Assembly: GCA_035575515.1 (NCBI GenBank)
Contig: DATLXU010000091.1
Location: 1,638 to 65,637, forward strand
DNA from: Blastocatellia bacterium
GTDB lineage: Bacteria; Acidobacteriota; Blastocatellia; UBA7656
Length of the DNA stretch: 64,000 bases
Direction: 5' to 3'
Under the pieces are notes generated by a model. The model saw only the letters and a program-made list of their open reading frames with translations. It was not told the DNA's origin and ran no database searches. Both the position numbers and the translations under genes were made by a program. Of this stretch, positions 17,486 to 27,261 are shown in pieces. Numbering within the stretch: the first letter of the stretch is position 1; every line of letters begins with the position of its first letter.

Positions 17486-18073
17486 TCATGTGCTTTTCTT
17501 GTTTATCGAGACAAATTCATTGTACTTGAAGATGCGGCCAAAGACGCGCGGGAATGGAAATGAATACTGCTTCACGGTATCCAGTCCTGCGCTGCGGGCA
17601 ATCTCTTTGAGAGTTTGAAAATCCATGAACTGAACGTGAGTTTCATCTGAACGATAGCCCCGCTCCTGAGGCGCGATTATCACTACCTGCCCTTCAGCTT
17701 TCAAGAGATATAAATAACTGGCCAGCAACTCTACAGCTTCTCCCTTTGCCATGTGCTCAACGACGTGAGAGAGCAGAATCGAATCGAACGAAGCCGGAAC
17801 GTTGAACGCAGAGCGTTGAAACTCATCGGGCGTGAAGACTTGAAGGCCGCGCGACCTTGCGACTTCAACCGAGTGCGGATTGTGGTCTATTCCGACGCCG
17901 TTGCCATCGAGGTGAATGAGATTGCGGCCAAGCCCGCAGCCTATATCGAGCGTAAATCCCATATTCAAGCGGCGAAGGTTCCAGCGATAGGGAGCCTGCA
18001 CGTCAAGCGCTCGCTTCCACCACGCCGACTGCTCAATCAATCTTTTGGTATATGCTTCTTGATCTGTGTCCAC
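17486..18073 (-). CDS. Class I SAM-dependent methyltransferase
   Basis: Motif I is LDIGCGLGRN, with SILLSHVVEHM downstream. Confidence 0.8.
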   Translation of the reverse strand: MDTDQEAYTKRLIEQSAWWKRALDVQAPYRWNLRRLNMGFTLDIGCGLGRNLIHLDGNGVGIDHNPHSVEVARSRGLQVFTPDEFQRSAFNVPASFDSILLSHVVEHMAKGEAVELLASYLYLLKAEGQVVIIAPQERGYRSDETHVQFMDFQTLKEIARSAGLDTVKQYSFPFPRVFGRIFKYNEFVSINKKST

Positions 18074-18082
18074 CGTTGAGCA

Positions 18083-19216
18083 TCACCACCAGACAATCGC
18101 CATCGTTATATTTTTCAGCACGAAGAATATTGGGTTGAATACAAATCGCGCAAGCTTCGCAGCCACGCCGCTCGCTGCCTGATCGAAGTCCAGATTATAG
18201 GTCGTATGCTGAAGCAGTTCGCGGTCTGTCGCTTTTCTGAGCGATTGAACCGCTTTGCGCTTTTTCATGATCAAGCGCCGGTTGGAAAGTATCCAGCCGT
18301 AAGCGCGCAGCTTGTTTCGGAAGTTCGCGCGGTCGCGCAGCACGACGAAGCTCCACGTTATCGCTTCTGCAAGAACGAGCGCGGGCGCGAGAATAACAAG
18401 CGTCGGCCATCTGAGATTTTTCAACAGCATAAGGTAGCGATTGCGCTCCTGATAGAAAATTTTCTTCGGAGTGATGCGAAGCGAGTATTCATGAAGGACT
18501 ATGCTTTCAGGCGCGTAAACGCATCGCCATCCTGAAAGTCGCGCCCGCCATGATAAATCGGTGTCTTCCATATAAAGAAACGTGTCTTCATCAAATCCAC
18601 CGAGCGAGGCGAACAGTTCGCGCCGAATGGCGAAAGCTGCGCCCGATACCGCGCCCACTTCTTCCGGCTCGTCGAATTGCTCGCGCGAGCGTCCCAGACC
18701 GCGACACAGAGTCAAACCTGTAAAGTGAACGTCATTGCCGCAGGCGTTGATGCGGCTGGGATCATCCACCAACAATATCTTTGCCGTCGTGAGTCCTGCG
18801 CGCGCGTCAAGATCGAGCGGCGCAAGCAGAGCCTCTATCCAGCCGCGCTCAACAACAGTGTCAGGATTGAGGAATATGATGTAGTCGCCTCGCGCATGCT
18901 TTACGCCTAAATTACTGCCCGCGCCGAACCCTGCGTTCACGCCGGAGCGGACGAGAATCACTTGCGGGAAGTCGCGTCCAATGATGTCGGCAATGCCATC
19001 CGTCGAGGCATTGTCGACAACTACGATCTCGCAATCTTCATCCGCAGAGCGCGTGACAGATTCGAGGCAGCGCAGGAGCTTTTCTCCGGCGTTGTAATTG
19101 ACTATGACGACGCTTGCGCGCAATGGAGCGATGGGGTCGGATTGATGAACAGGCAGCGCGATTGAATCAATAGCGGTTTCCATTGTACGCAAGGCTCGCG
19201 TTCTTTCGGCGCGCAA
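18083..19216 (-). CDS. Family 2 glycosyltransferase
   Basis: SVVIVNYNAGEKLLRCLESV, VVDNASTDG, FLNPDT and a C-terminal TM region. Confidence 0.85.
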   Translation of the reverse strand: MRAERTRALRTMETAIDSIALPVHQSDPIAPLRASVVIVNYNAGEKLLRCLESVTRSADEDCEIVVVDNASTDGIADIIGRDFPQVILVRSGVNAGFGAGSNLGVKHARGDYIIFLNPDTVVERGWIEALLAPLDLDARAGLTTAKILLVDDPSRINACGNDVHFTGLTLCRGLGRSREQFDEPEEVGAVSGAAFAIRRELFASLGGFDEDTFLYMEDTDLSWRARLSGWRCVYAPESIVLHEYSLRITPKKIFYQERNRYLMLLKNLRWPTLVILAPALVLAEAITWSFVVLRDRANFRNKLRAYGWILSNRRLIMKKRKAVQSLRKATDRELLQHTTYNLDFDQAASGVAAKLARFVFNPIFFVLKNITMAIVWW

Positions 19217-19463
19217 AGCCGGAGTAGAATCGAGCGGTAAATAATATGTTCCCCTTTCGTAGCGAACAGCAAGATAATTATCTCAGCCACGAAATGTCAA
19301 AGAGAAACTTTTTTGCATTATCCGGCAGGCCTTTCGCGTCATAGGTAATGAGCGGCCTTGCAGGTTCATCGCAGCAGCTCGCTTTTTCTGCGGAAAATCA
19401 CCCCTGGGTTTAGAAAGTAATCAAGCAATCGCAAGCGGAAAGCCGCCTTGCCGGAGATTCACA

Positions 19464-22400
19464 ATGATGAAAAGAAGATTTGTCCCGCTGCTGAGCGTTT
19501 GGCTTCTGGTTTTTAGTTTCTGGTTTCTGGTTTCCGGTTCAATGGCGAAAAAGCAGAGAGCGGAAGCTAACAACCTGAAACAAGAACTTGCGCCTCAAGC
19601 GGTTTCGCTCGTTATTAATGAGTATCTGGCCGATCCTCCCGCCGGTTCGGCGGGCGATGCCAATGGCGACGGCACGCGCGACGCGGCGCAGGACGAATTC
19701 GTTGAGGTAGTTAACACCAGCTCAACGCCGCTCAACGTCGGCGGATTCACCATCAGCGACTCGACGCAGATAAGATTCACTTTTCCTGCGGGAACAACGA
19801 TTCCGGGCGGCGAAGCCTCTGTTGTTTTCGGTGGCGGTAGTCCTATGGGATCATTCGGCAACGCGGCTGCAAACGGATTGGTTTTCAAAACTGGCAGCGG
19901 AGGCTTATCGCTCAATAACGGCGGCGACACCATTACTATAAAAGACAACTCGAGCGCGACCATAGCAACACTCACCTACAGCGCGGTTGAGGGCGGCGCG
20001 CACCAGTCAATCACTCGAAGCCCTGACATCACAGGCGCATTCGTCACACATTCGTCAGCAGCGGGAAGCGGCGGGACGTTGTTCTCGCCCGGCGCGCGAG
20101 TCAACGGCAGCCCGTTCACAACTACTGACCCTGTTATCAATTCAATCTCGCCCGACGCTGCGATTGCTGGAAGCGGGCCGGTCGCGCTCACCGTCACAGG
20201 CCAGAATTTTCAAAACGGCTCGCGCATCCGCGTTGATGGCTCGCCTTTGACAACAACCTTTTTCGACTCGACGCAACTCGGCGCAGAACTGCCTGATTCA
20301 GTAACCAACTCGCCGGGCGCGCACTCAATCACGGTGCAGAATCCTGATTTAACCGTGTCGAACGCTCTCACATTCACAGTGCTCGGCGCAGTCGGAATAA
20401 ACGAGTTTCTGGCCGACCCGCCCGACGGTCCCTCAGGCGACGCAAACGGCGATGGCGTGCGCGATTCGTCGCAGGACGAATTCATAGAGATAATCAATCG
20501 CTCGGACGCGCCCTTCAACATCGGCGGCTTCGCTGTTAGAGACGCCGACGCCGTGCGATTCACCTTTCCCGGAGGCACAATCATTCCTGCGGGCGAGGTC
20601 GCAGTCATCTTCGGCGGCGGTCATCCTCAAGGTGATTTTGGCAACGCTCGATTCAACGGTCTGGTCTTCACCGCAGCTTTGTCATTGAACAACACGGGCG
20701 ACACGATCACGCTGCTCAGCGGGGGCAGCCCTGTTGAATCAATCACCTATGGCGCGACGGAAGGCAGCGCGAACCAGTCAATCAATCGCAATCCCGATGC
20801 GACAGGGACAACCTTCGCGCCGCATGCATCAATCAACGGAAGCGGAGGGCGACCCTTTTCGCCCGGCGTGCAGGTCAACGGCGCGGCCTTCACCGTCGGC
20901 CCGCGCATCACCGAAATCGCGCCCGACCGCGTGCCGCAAAACAGCCCGCCTTTCGATCTTATAGTTCGAGGCAGCGGCTTCGACGGCGACTCAACTGTCT
21001 TCATTGACTTCGCGCCCGTAAGCTCGATTATTGCAGGCTCAGACCTGATAGCTCATGTGCCAGCGAGCGTGACCGCCGCCTCCGGCCCTCACACGGTTCT
21101 GGTCATTAATGAAAACGGCAATCGCTCGAACGCGCTGACGCTCACAGTAATTCCGCCGCCGCCAGCAATCGAAATTCTGCTGCCCAGATTCGTTCAGGCT
21201 GGCTCAGGCGATCTCACGCTCATCGTGCTTGGCAAGAACTTCGACGCTGCGGCTTCGGTGTTAGTCGAAGGCTCGCCTGTTGCGACAATGTTCACGAGCG
21301 CAGGCCAGTTGAAAGCGACCGTGCCTGCATCGGTCGCTGCGACTATTGGGACTCGCCGCGTGAGAGTGCGAAACGGCGATGGGCAGGAGTCGAACGATTT
21401 TCCTCTTGAGATAATTCCGGCAACGACGCGCATCACGCGAATTTCGCCCGCGCAAGTAATCGCTGGCAATCCGGGTTTCAAGCTCACGGTCACAGGCGCA
21501 AATTTCAAAAGCGGCGCAGTCGTGATGTTCGACGGCTCTGCGCTCGACACCTCGTTCATATCATCAACAGAGTTGCTTGCGGACATTCCTGCATCGCTCG
21601 TGGCAACGCCCGGCTCTCATGGCATAATCGAGTTCAATTCGGACGGCGGCGGTTCGAACGAAGTTGTCTTCAATGTCTTCCCTGACCCGCCCGTTGTGTT
21701 TTCGATTGACCCGGCTGGCGTGATTGAAGGCAGCGGCGACATTACGATCACAATCACGGGCGATAAGTTTCAGCGCGGCGCGTCCGTTCGCGTCATCGAG
21801 AATAATCAAGCATCAGCGCGGCTCGACACAAAGTTCATCACAAGCCAGCGGCTCGAAGCCTTGCTGCCTGCCGCGTTCGTCCAAACGGCGGGCGCGGTCT
21901 TAATCAGAGTCGAGAATCCCGATCTCGGAGCATCAGGCAATGCAAGGCTCAAAGTCTTGATTCGCGATCCACTCGTCATAAACGAATACCTTGCGGACCC
22001 GCCTGATGACCTGTCAGGCGACGCGAACGGCGATGGCTCGCGCAGCTCATCGCAAGATGAGTTCATCGAGATAGTCAATCGCACCGGCGAGCCGATTGAT
22101 ATCTCAGGTTACACTTTGTCAGATGCGGATGAAATTCGCCACGTCTTCGCAACCGGGACAATCATTCCGCCGTTTGAAGCGGCGGTCGTGTTCGGCGGCG
22201 GCGCACCCGCTGGAAGATTCGGCAACGCGGCTGAAAATCATCTGGTGTTCAAAGCATCATCGGGCGGATTGTCCTTAAACAACGGCGGCGACACGATAAA
22301 GCTGCGCGACGCTGCGGGCCGCATCCTTCAAGAGATAAAATTCACAGCGGCAGAAGGCGGCGCGAATCAATCAATCAACCGCGATCCTGACATTGACGGC

Positions 22401-23279
22401 GCGGTCTTCACGCTCCACACGCGCGTTGCCGAAGACGAAAGCCATCTGTTTTCGCCCGGCGCAAAAGCCAATGGCGCAGCCTTCACCGTTAAGCCTGCGA
22501 TTCTTGCGCTCGCGCCCGCAAGCGTTCGCATACGCTCGGCTGAGTTCACGCTTATCGTAACCGGAAGCGATTTTCTGCCGGGCGCGGCGGTGATATTCAA
22601 TCAATCGGAGCTTGCTACGGTCTTTCATTCAAGCAGCGAGCTTCAGGCGCGGGTGCGAAGCGAATTAATCGGCGAAGGCGGCGCGGTTGAAGTGCGCGCG
22701 CGAAATCCGAAAGGCGAGCTTTCATCGCCTGCGAAGTTCTTAATCACAGACGACCCGCCGCGCCTTGTGACTATCAATCCGCAGAAGGTTGGAACAGGCG
22801 CGGAGAACGTTGAGATTGCGATTGCAGGCGAGCGGTTTCAGCGCGGCGCAGTCGCGATGATTGCAAGCGAAAAACTTGAGACGCGATTTGTCAGCTCAAG
22901 CTCGCTTGTAGCTGTTGCGCCCGCGAAGTTCTTCAATCGAGCGAGCGAGCTTGAAATCCGCGTGCTGAATGCCGACGGCAACCAGTCGAACGCGTTGACG
23001 CTCGCGGTTGAAAACGGCCCGCTCATCACGAGACTTTCACGCGCGCGAATAAAGGCCGGGCGCGGCGCAGTTGAGTTAACAATCGGCGGCGTGGCGTTCA
23101 AGCCCAATGCTGTCATCTACGTCAACGACCGGGCGGTTGCGACATCTTTTGTGAGCGACACCGAATTGACCGCGCGCATACCTGCAGAGATGACCGCCGC
23201 GCCCGGCGTGCTCACGATTCAAGCGCGGCACTCAGACGGTGGCAGATCAAACAAGGCTCAGGTCAAAGTGGTTGAATAA
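19464..23279 (+). CDS. Large secreted/cell-surface protein with three lamin-tail-domain (LTD) modules interleaved with many IPT/TIG-like Ig repeats
   Basis: A signal peptide. INEYLADPP..GDANGDG.RD..QDEF(V/I)E(V/I)(V/I)N occurs three times (starting near 19608, 20391 and 21971). Between them are repeated ~80-aa units of the type I(S/T)P...G....LT(V/I)TG.NF..G..V..DG. Confidence 0.85.
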   Translation: MMKRRFVPLLSVWLLVFSFWFLVSGSMAKKQRAEANNLKQELAPQAVSLVINEYLADPPAGSAGDANGDGTRDAAQDEFVEVVNTSSTPLNVGGFTISDSTQIRFTFPAGTTIPGGEASVVFGGGSPMGSFGNAAANGLVFKTGSGGLSLNNGGDTITIKDNSSATIATLTYSAVEGGAHQSITRSPDITGAFVTHSSAAGSGGTLFSPGARVNGSPFTTTDPVINSISPDAAIAGSGPVALTVTGQNFQNGSRIRVDGSPLTTTFFDSTQLGAELPDSVTNSPGAHSITVQNPDLTVSNALTFTVLGAVGINEFLADPPDGPSGDANGDGVRDSSQDEFIEIINRSDAPFNIGGFAVRDADAVRFTFPGGTIIPAGEVAVIFGGGHPQGDFGNARFNGLVFTAALSLNNTGDTITLLSGGSPVESITYGATEGSANQSINRNPDATGTTFAPHASINGSGGRPFSPGVQVNGAAFTVGPRITEIAPDRVPQNSPPFDLIVRGSGFDGDSTVFIDFAPVSSIIAGSDLIAHVPASVTAASGPHTVLVINENGNRSNALTLTVIPPPPAIEILLPRFVQAGSGDLTLIVLGKNFDAAASVLVEGSPVATMFTSAGQLKATVPASVAATIGTRRVRVRNGDGQESNDFPLEIIPATTRITRISPAQVIAGNPGFKLTVTGANFKSGAVVMFDGSALDTSFISSTELLADIPASLVATPGSHGIIEFNSDGGGSNEVVFNVFPDPPVVFSIDPAGVIEGSGDITITITGDKFQRGASVRVIENNQASARLDTKFITSQRLEALLPAAFVQTAGAVLIRVENPDLGASGNARLKVLIRDPLVINEYLADPPDDLSGDANGDGSRSSSQDEFIEIVNRTGEPIDISGYTLSDADEIRHVFATGTIIPPFEAAVVFGGGAPAGRFGNAAENHLVFKASSGGLSLNNGGDTIKLRDAAGRILQEIKFTAAEGGANQSINRDPDIDGAVFTLHTRVAEDESHLFSPGAKANGAAFTVKPAILALAPASVRIRSAEFTLIVTGSDFLPGAAVIFNQSELATVFHSSSELQARVRSELIGEGGAVEVRARNPKGELSSPAKFLITDDPPRLVTINPQKVGTGAENVEIAIAGERFQRGAVAMIASEKLETRFVSSSSLVAVAPAKFFNRASELEIRVLNADGNQSNALTLAVENGPLITRLSRARIKAGRGAVELTIGGVAFKPNAVIYVNDRAVATSFVSDTELTARIPAEMTAAPGVLTIQARHSDGGRSNKAQVKVVE

Positions 23280-23288
23280 CGAAATAGC

Positions 23289-23366
23289 TGGGAGCGCGGA
23301 CATCTCGACCGCCTGAACTCGAAAACTTTTAATTCGAAATAGTGCTGTCGAGATGTCCGCGCTGCC
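23289..23366 (+). terminator. Long perfect hairpin downstream of the LTD gene
   Basis: GCGCGGACATCTCGAC (23294-23309) pairs perfectly with GTCGAGATGTCCGCGC (23347-23362). It starts 10 nt after the stop. Confidence 0.65.
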
Positions 23367-23496
23367 AATAAACAGCGTCATCTCTTGCAACGCTTCAATC
23401 CGCTTCCTTCATCTACCCTTCGGCTTATCCGTAACAACGCGCAGTGCTAAAATCTTTCTTGGCAGATAGACCTGCTCTTTATTAAGGACACAAAAA

Positions 23497-24669
23497 ATGC
23501 TCAATACCAGACTCGCCTTTGTTTCAGTCCTGACCGCGATGCTGCTCGTCGCCGCATGCTCAAGCTCAAAGACGCCGGGCAAGTGGACGGCTTTTAATTT
23601 CTACACAAACCCTGATGCGCAGATTAATGTCTTCAGCATCAACTTCGTCAACGACAGCGTTGGCTGGATAAACGGCTACCGCGCGCCTAACCCTTCGCCA
23701 GCAGGCAACGCGAACGCCAATGCCAATGTGAGCGCGGGCAAAAAAGCCAGGCCAAAGAATGCAAATGAGCAAGCCGACCAGACTAATGAAACCAACGGAG
23801 GGTTCGTCGTGCTTGAGACGAAAGATGGCGGCGAGAACTGGCGGCCTGTGCCTGATATGGTCAAGAACCGCATTCGCTCTGTCTGGTTCATCGCTCCGCA
23901 GCGGGGCTGGGCCGTCACGCTCGATCACGACATACTCAACACTACGGACGGCGGACAGACGTGGACGATGCAGCGAAAAGCGGAACTCGTCAACACTCAA
24001 ATAGCTGAAGGCAAGTTCATGGATATGCCTGAGCAGATCGAGCAGGTGCGATTCCTCGACGACCAGCACGGCTACGCGTGGGGCGGCGGCCAGAAGATGG
24101 AGATAGAAAAGCAGGGCGGCGTTAAAGTCATCGCGCACGAATATCCCGGCATTTTTCTTATGACCTTTGACGGCGGCGCGAACTGGAAGAAAGCCAATCC
24201 TTACCCCTTCGACGGGCACATTGAGAAGACGTTCTTTCTGGATTTGCTGCACGCATGGGCGCACACGCAGGACAACTTCTACGCGACGACGGACGGCGGG
24301 CTTAACTGGACTAAGGTTGAAACGAAGCTGCCGCAGCCTGTGCTTGATTCGATATTTTTCATTGATGAAAAGACGGGCTGGGTCGTGACTGACGGACGCA
24401 TAGCGAAGACCGCAGACGGCGGGCAGACGTGGCGAAAGATATGGGAGATAAAAGACGTATTCAAGATGCGCGACATTGCCTTCACGGACGCAAGTCACGG
24501 CTGGGCAGTAGGCGATAACGGCGTGATACTCTACACAACCGACGGCGAAACCAAATGGACAGTTGTGTCCTCGCCCGTCACGGCGAAGCTCACGCGGCTC
24601 ACGTTCGTCGGCAATCGCGGTTGGGCCGTTGGGCAGGGCGGCGTCGGTCTGCGATACGAAGCGGAATGA
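23497..24669 (+). CDS. BNR/Ycf48-like beta-propeller lipoprotein
   Basis: Lipobox LLVAAC. (T/K)DGG.(T/N)W motifs recur (TKDGGENW, TTDGGQTW, TFDGGANW, TTDGGLNW, TADGGQTW, TTDGETKW). Confidence 0.8.
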   Translation: MLNTRLAFVSVLTAMLLVAACSSSKTPGKWTAFNFYTNPDAQINVFSINFVNDSVGWINGYRAPNPSPAGNANANANVSAGKKARPKNANEQADQTNETNGGFVVLETKDGGENWRPVPDMVKNRIRSVWFIAPQRGWAVTLDHDILNTTDGGQTWTMQRKAELVNTQIAEGKFMDMPEQIEQVRFLDDQHGYAWGGGQKMEIEKQGGVKVIAHEYPGIFLMTFDGGANWKKANPYPFDGHIEKTFFLDLLHAWAHTQDNFYATTDGGLNWTKVETKLPQPVLDSIFFIDEKTGWVVTDGRIAKTADGGQTWRKIWEIKDVFKMRDIAFTDASHGWAVGDNGVILYTTDGETKWTVVSSPVTAKLTRLTFVGNRGWAVGQGGVGLRYEAE

Positions 24670-25049
24670 CAATAGGCGGGCATCTTTCGCGCACGCTTGA
24701 GGCACTAAGCATTTGGCGGTGGTGCGCCGCAAACTAATCTGCAAGCCGCGCGGCCCGCAATCATTCTACAAGTGGTAGGGAGTCACGCGAGCGCGGCAGG
24801 CCGGTTTAGATGAGCGTGCCACAGCGCCCGGTCGAAGCAAGTCATCACAGAATCACAACAGATTGAAAGCGAAAGTTCTTGACACCATTGAGAGCGGCAA
24901 TGGAAAATATATTAAGCCGTTTCAGACTATTTGCAAAGAAGACGGCGCAGGGACAGAATGGGTAGAGGGGACCGCTCCCTCTTTGAATCTTCTGAGCCTC
25001 GATCAAGTTTGGACCGTGCCACCCGATCAGGCTTTTGGAGAAGAGGAAG

Positions 25050-26066
25050 ATGCAAGAAAAAGCTTTATTCAGCGACGCATTCCTTCGTCAGCCGCCGTTA
25101 ATCAAGCGGTTGTTTGTCGAATTCATCGAATCGAGCCGGGAGTTCCGGCACAGCCCGAAGGCGTACCTGGCCGCGGCTTTCCGCGATGACAGCCTCGGCT
25201 CGCACCGCCGCAAAGAGCTTCTCCGATTCGGCATGGCCATTGGCGTTCTGGTCTTCTCGACCGCTTTCTTTTTCGTTGTGGTCTTCCCGCAGTTGTTCGG
25301 CACTGCGCAGGCGCAAGACCCTTATGAGCAAGCCAAGCAGCTCGAAGACGTGCCTGACATTGAAGACCTCGCAGACGCGGTTAAGATAGAAGCGGTCAAG
25401 GCCGACACGCATGCGGGCGGCGGCGGCGGCGGCGGTCGCCAGATGGAGCAGCCCGTTTCGCGCGGCGATCTGCCTCCGGCTTCGCTGCTGGAATCGCCCG
25501 TAACGCCGACGACGATGCCTCTTCCCAGACCACCTGCCTTGCCCGTCCCGGCGACGATGCAGGTTCAGCCTGAGCTTGTGCCTCAGACTAACTTTGGAAA
25601 TATCGGCATGCCGAATGCTCTGCCCGGCCCGCCTTCTGACGGTCCTGGCACAGGCGGCGGATTCGGAACCGGCTCAGGCGGAGGCGTAGGCTCCGGCGAT
25701 GGAACGGGACTTGGTCCGGGTCACGGAATGAACACTGGCGGTGGTGGTACGGAATTCGGCGGTGGAGACCGCAACCCAGACGGCTCGGCCCGCGTTGTTG
25801 ATTCGAAGCCGATATTGATCTATCAGGTGCGACCGAACTACACCGAAGAGGCGCGCAAGAACAAGATTCAAGGCGTAATCAGATTGCGCGTGCTGGTCGG
25901 CGCGGACGGCTCGGTTAAGAACGTTCAACTCCGAAGCCACCTGCCGGATGGGCTTGATGAGCAGGCCATAGCCGCCGGGTACAAGTTGAGATTCAAACCG
26001 GCGATGAAGGGCGGTCAGCCCGTCGCCTACTGGGTTCCGGTAGAATCAGAGTTCACTCTCAGATAA
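25050..26066 (+). CDS. TonB-family energy transducer (paralog 1)
   Basis: An N-terminal cytoplasmic segment, one TM, a poly-Gly then Pro-rich linker, and a C-terminal TonB domain (YTEEARKNKIQGVIRLRVLVGADGSVKNV...FKPAMKGGQPV). The start is moved to the ATG at 25050, preceded by GGAGAAGAGGAAG. Confidence 0.75.
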   Translation: MQEKALFSDAFLRQPPLIKRLFVEFIESSREFRHSPKAYLAAAFRDDSLGSHRRKELLRFGMAIGVLVFSTAFFFVVVFPQLFGTAQAQDPYEQAKQLEDVPDIEDLADAVKIEAVKADTHAGGGGGGGRQMEQPVSRGDLPPASLLESPVTPTTMPLPRPPALPVPATMQVQPELVPQTNFGNIGMPNALPGPPSDGPGTGGGFGTGSGGGVGSGDGTGLGPGHGMNTGGGGTEFGGGDRNPDGSARVVDSKPILIYQVRPNYTEEARKNKIQGVIRLRVLVGADGSVKNVQLRSHLPDGLDEQAIAAGYKLRFKPAMKGGQPVAYWVPVESEFTLR

Positions 26067-26162
26067 GAGTTTTAATCGGCTGAGGGTCACGGTTGTTGTT
26101 CGATCAATCGTGGCCCTCGCGTGTTTAACGAATGCCCTTCCGTTCAGGCGGCTCACCTTCTT

Positions 26163-27221
26163 ATGGCTTCAACCGTGACAAGCGAGTTCGTTAAAGCGGG
26201 CAATCGCGCGCCGGATGCGCCTTTTTCGATGATCGAGCGCAAGGGGCTGCTCGCGCGACTCGCGGAAGAACTCGCGCTCGCCTGGCATGAGATAGCCCGC
26301 GACCCTCGCGGCTTCATCCGCGACCTGACAGCATCCGACACTCGCGACGGCAAACGCCGCCGATTGGTTTACATCGGACTTGCGACAGCCGTCGTCACGC
26401 ACGCCGCGCTCTTCGTTTTGATAATAACTCTCGGCTGGCCTCGCATACTCGCCCCGAATGAAGGCGAGCCTGAGTTGAAAGTTGATCAGTGGGTCAAGCT
26501 CAATGACCAGCCTGAGATTGCAAAGGCGGAAGAGCCGCGCGGCGATAACGGAGGCGGCGGGGGCGGCGGCCAGCAAAGCGAGCTTTCTGCGTCACACGGC
26601 GCAGCGCCTCAGATGTTGCCTACGCCATCGCCTGTTGACGCAGCTCCTCCGCTGCTGACGGCTCCTTCGTTGCCGGTTCCTTCTAACATAATCGGGCCTG
26701 AGAGCCTGCCGCCTCCGCCTGATGTTCCGGTGGGCGTGCCTGACGCGAAAGGCGATACGCTTTCTCCTGGACCGGGCACAGGCGGCGGACTTGGCGCTGG
26801 CACGGGCGGCGGCGTGGGCAGCGGCACAGGTCCAGGCGCGGGACTAGGTAGCGGCGGCGGTCCAGGCAAAGACCGTAAGCTCGGTTCGCCCAATTCAGCC
26901 GACGCGAATACGTCAGGTCCGATTGATTGGAACAGGCTCCGAGAGATTCCAGGTAACACGCAGGTTAGCTGGATCTACCGGCCAAGACCGGTTGTTACTC
27001 CAGAAGCGACGGCCAAAAAAGTTGTCGGAGAAGTTTTGCTTCGAGCGACCTTCAATGCCGATGGCACAATAAGCGACATTGAGGTCATTCGATCCGATGT
27101 TCCTGAGATGACCGAATCGGCTATTCAGTCACTTGAGCACTCAAAGTTTCGTCCCGCCACCATCGAAGGCAAGCCGGTGACCGTGCGCAGAGTCCCCGTG
27201 CGCGTCGCCGTCCATTACTGA
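26163..27221 (+). CDS. TonB-family energy transducer (paralog 2)
   Basis: Same architecture as paralog 1, with C-terminal VTPEATAKKVVGEVLLRATFNADGTISDI...FRPATIEGKPV. The start is set at the ATG at 26163. Confidence 0.75.
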   Translation: MASTVTSEFVKAGNRAPDAPFSMIERKGLLARLAEELALAWHEIARDPRGFIRDLTASDTRDGKRRRLVYIGLATAVVTHAALFVLIITLGWPRILAPNEGEPELKVDQWVKLNDQPEIAKAEEPRGDNGGGGGGGQQSELSASHGAAPQMLPTPSPVDAAPPLLTAPSLPVPSNIIGPESLPPPPDVPVGVPDAKGDTLSPGPGTGGGLGAGTGGGVGSGTGPGAGLGSGGGPGKDRKLGSPNSADANTSGPIDWNRLREIPGNTQVSWIYRPRPVVTPEATAKKVVGEVLLRATFNADGTISDIEVIRSDVPEMTESAIQSLEHSKFRPATIEGKPVTVRRVPVRVAVHY

Positions 27222-27261
27222 TTCAAACGGACGTTGATTAGCGTGATTGCAAACGCGGCTG

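Noticed and set aside
23566-24744. 392-aa ORF antisense to the BNR/Ycf48-like gene. Similar long antisense ORFs occur at 52248-53957, 9603-10478, 35545-36339, 36461-37165, 33104-33715 and 34070-34693.
   Set aside because: They are Arg/Ala/Pro-rich shadow frames typical of high-GC coding DNA. They have no recognisable motifs, and each lies fully opposite an ORF with clear family signatures.
24863-25189. 108-aa ORF upstream of and overlapping the first TonB gene. Similar doubtful ORFs occur at 47734-47943, 29247-29522 and 44975-45193.
   Set aside because: They have no SD or motif support. They overlap better-supported genes or repeat elements, and their composition is atypical.
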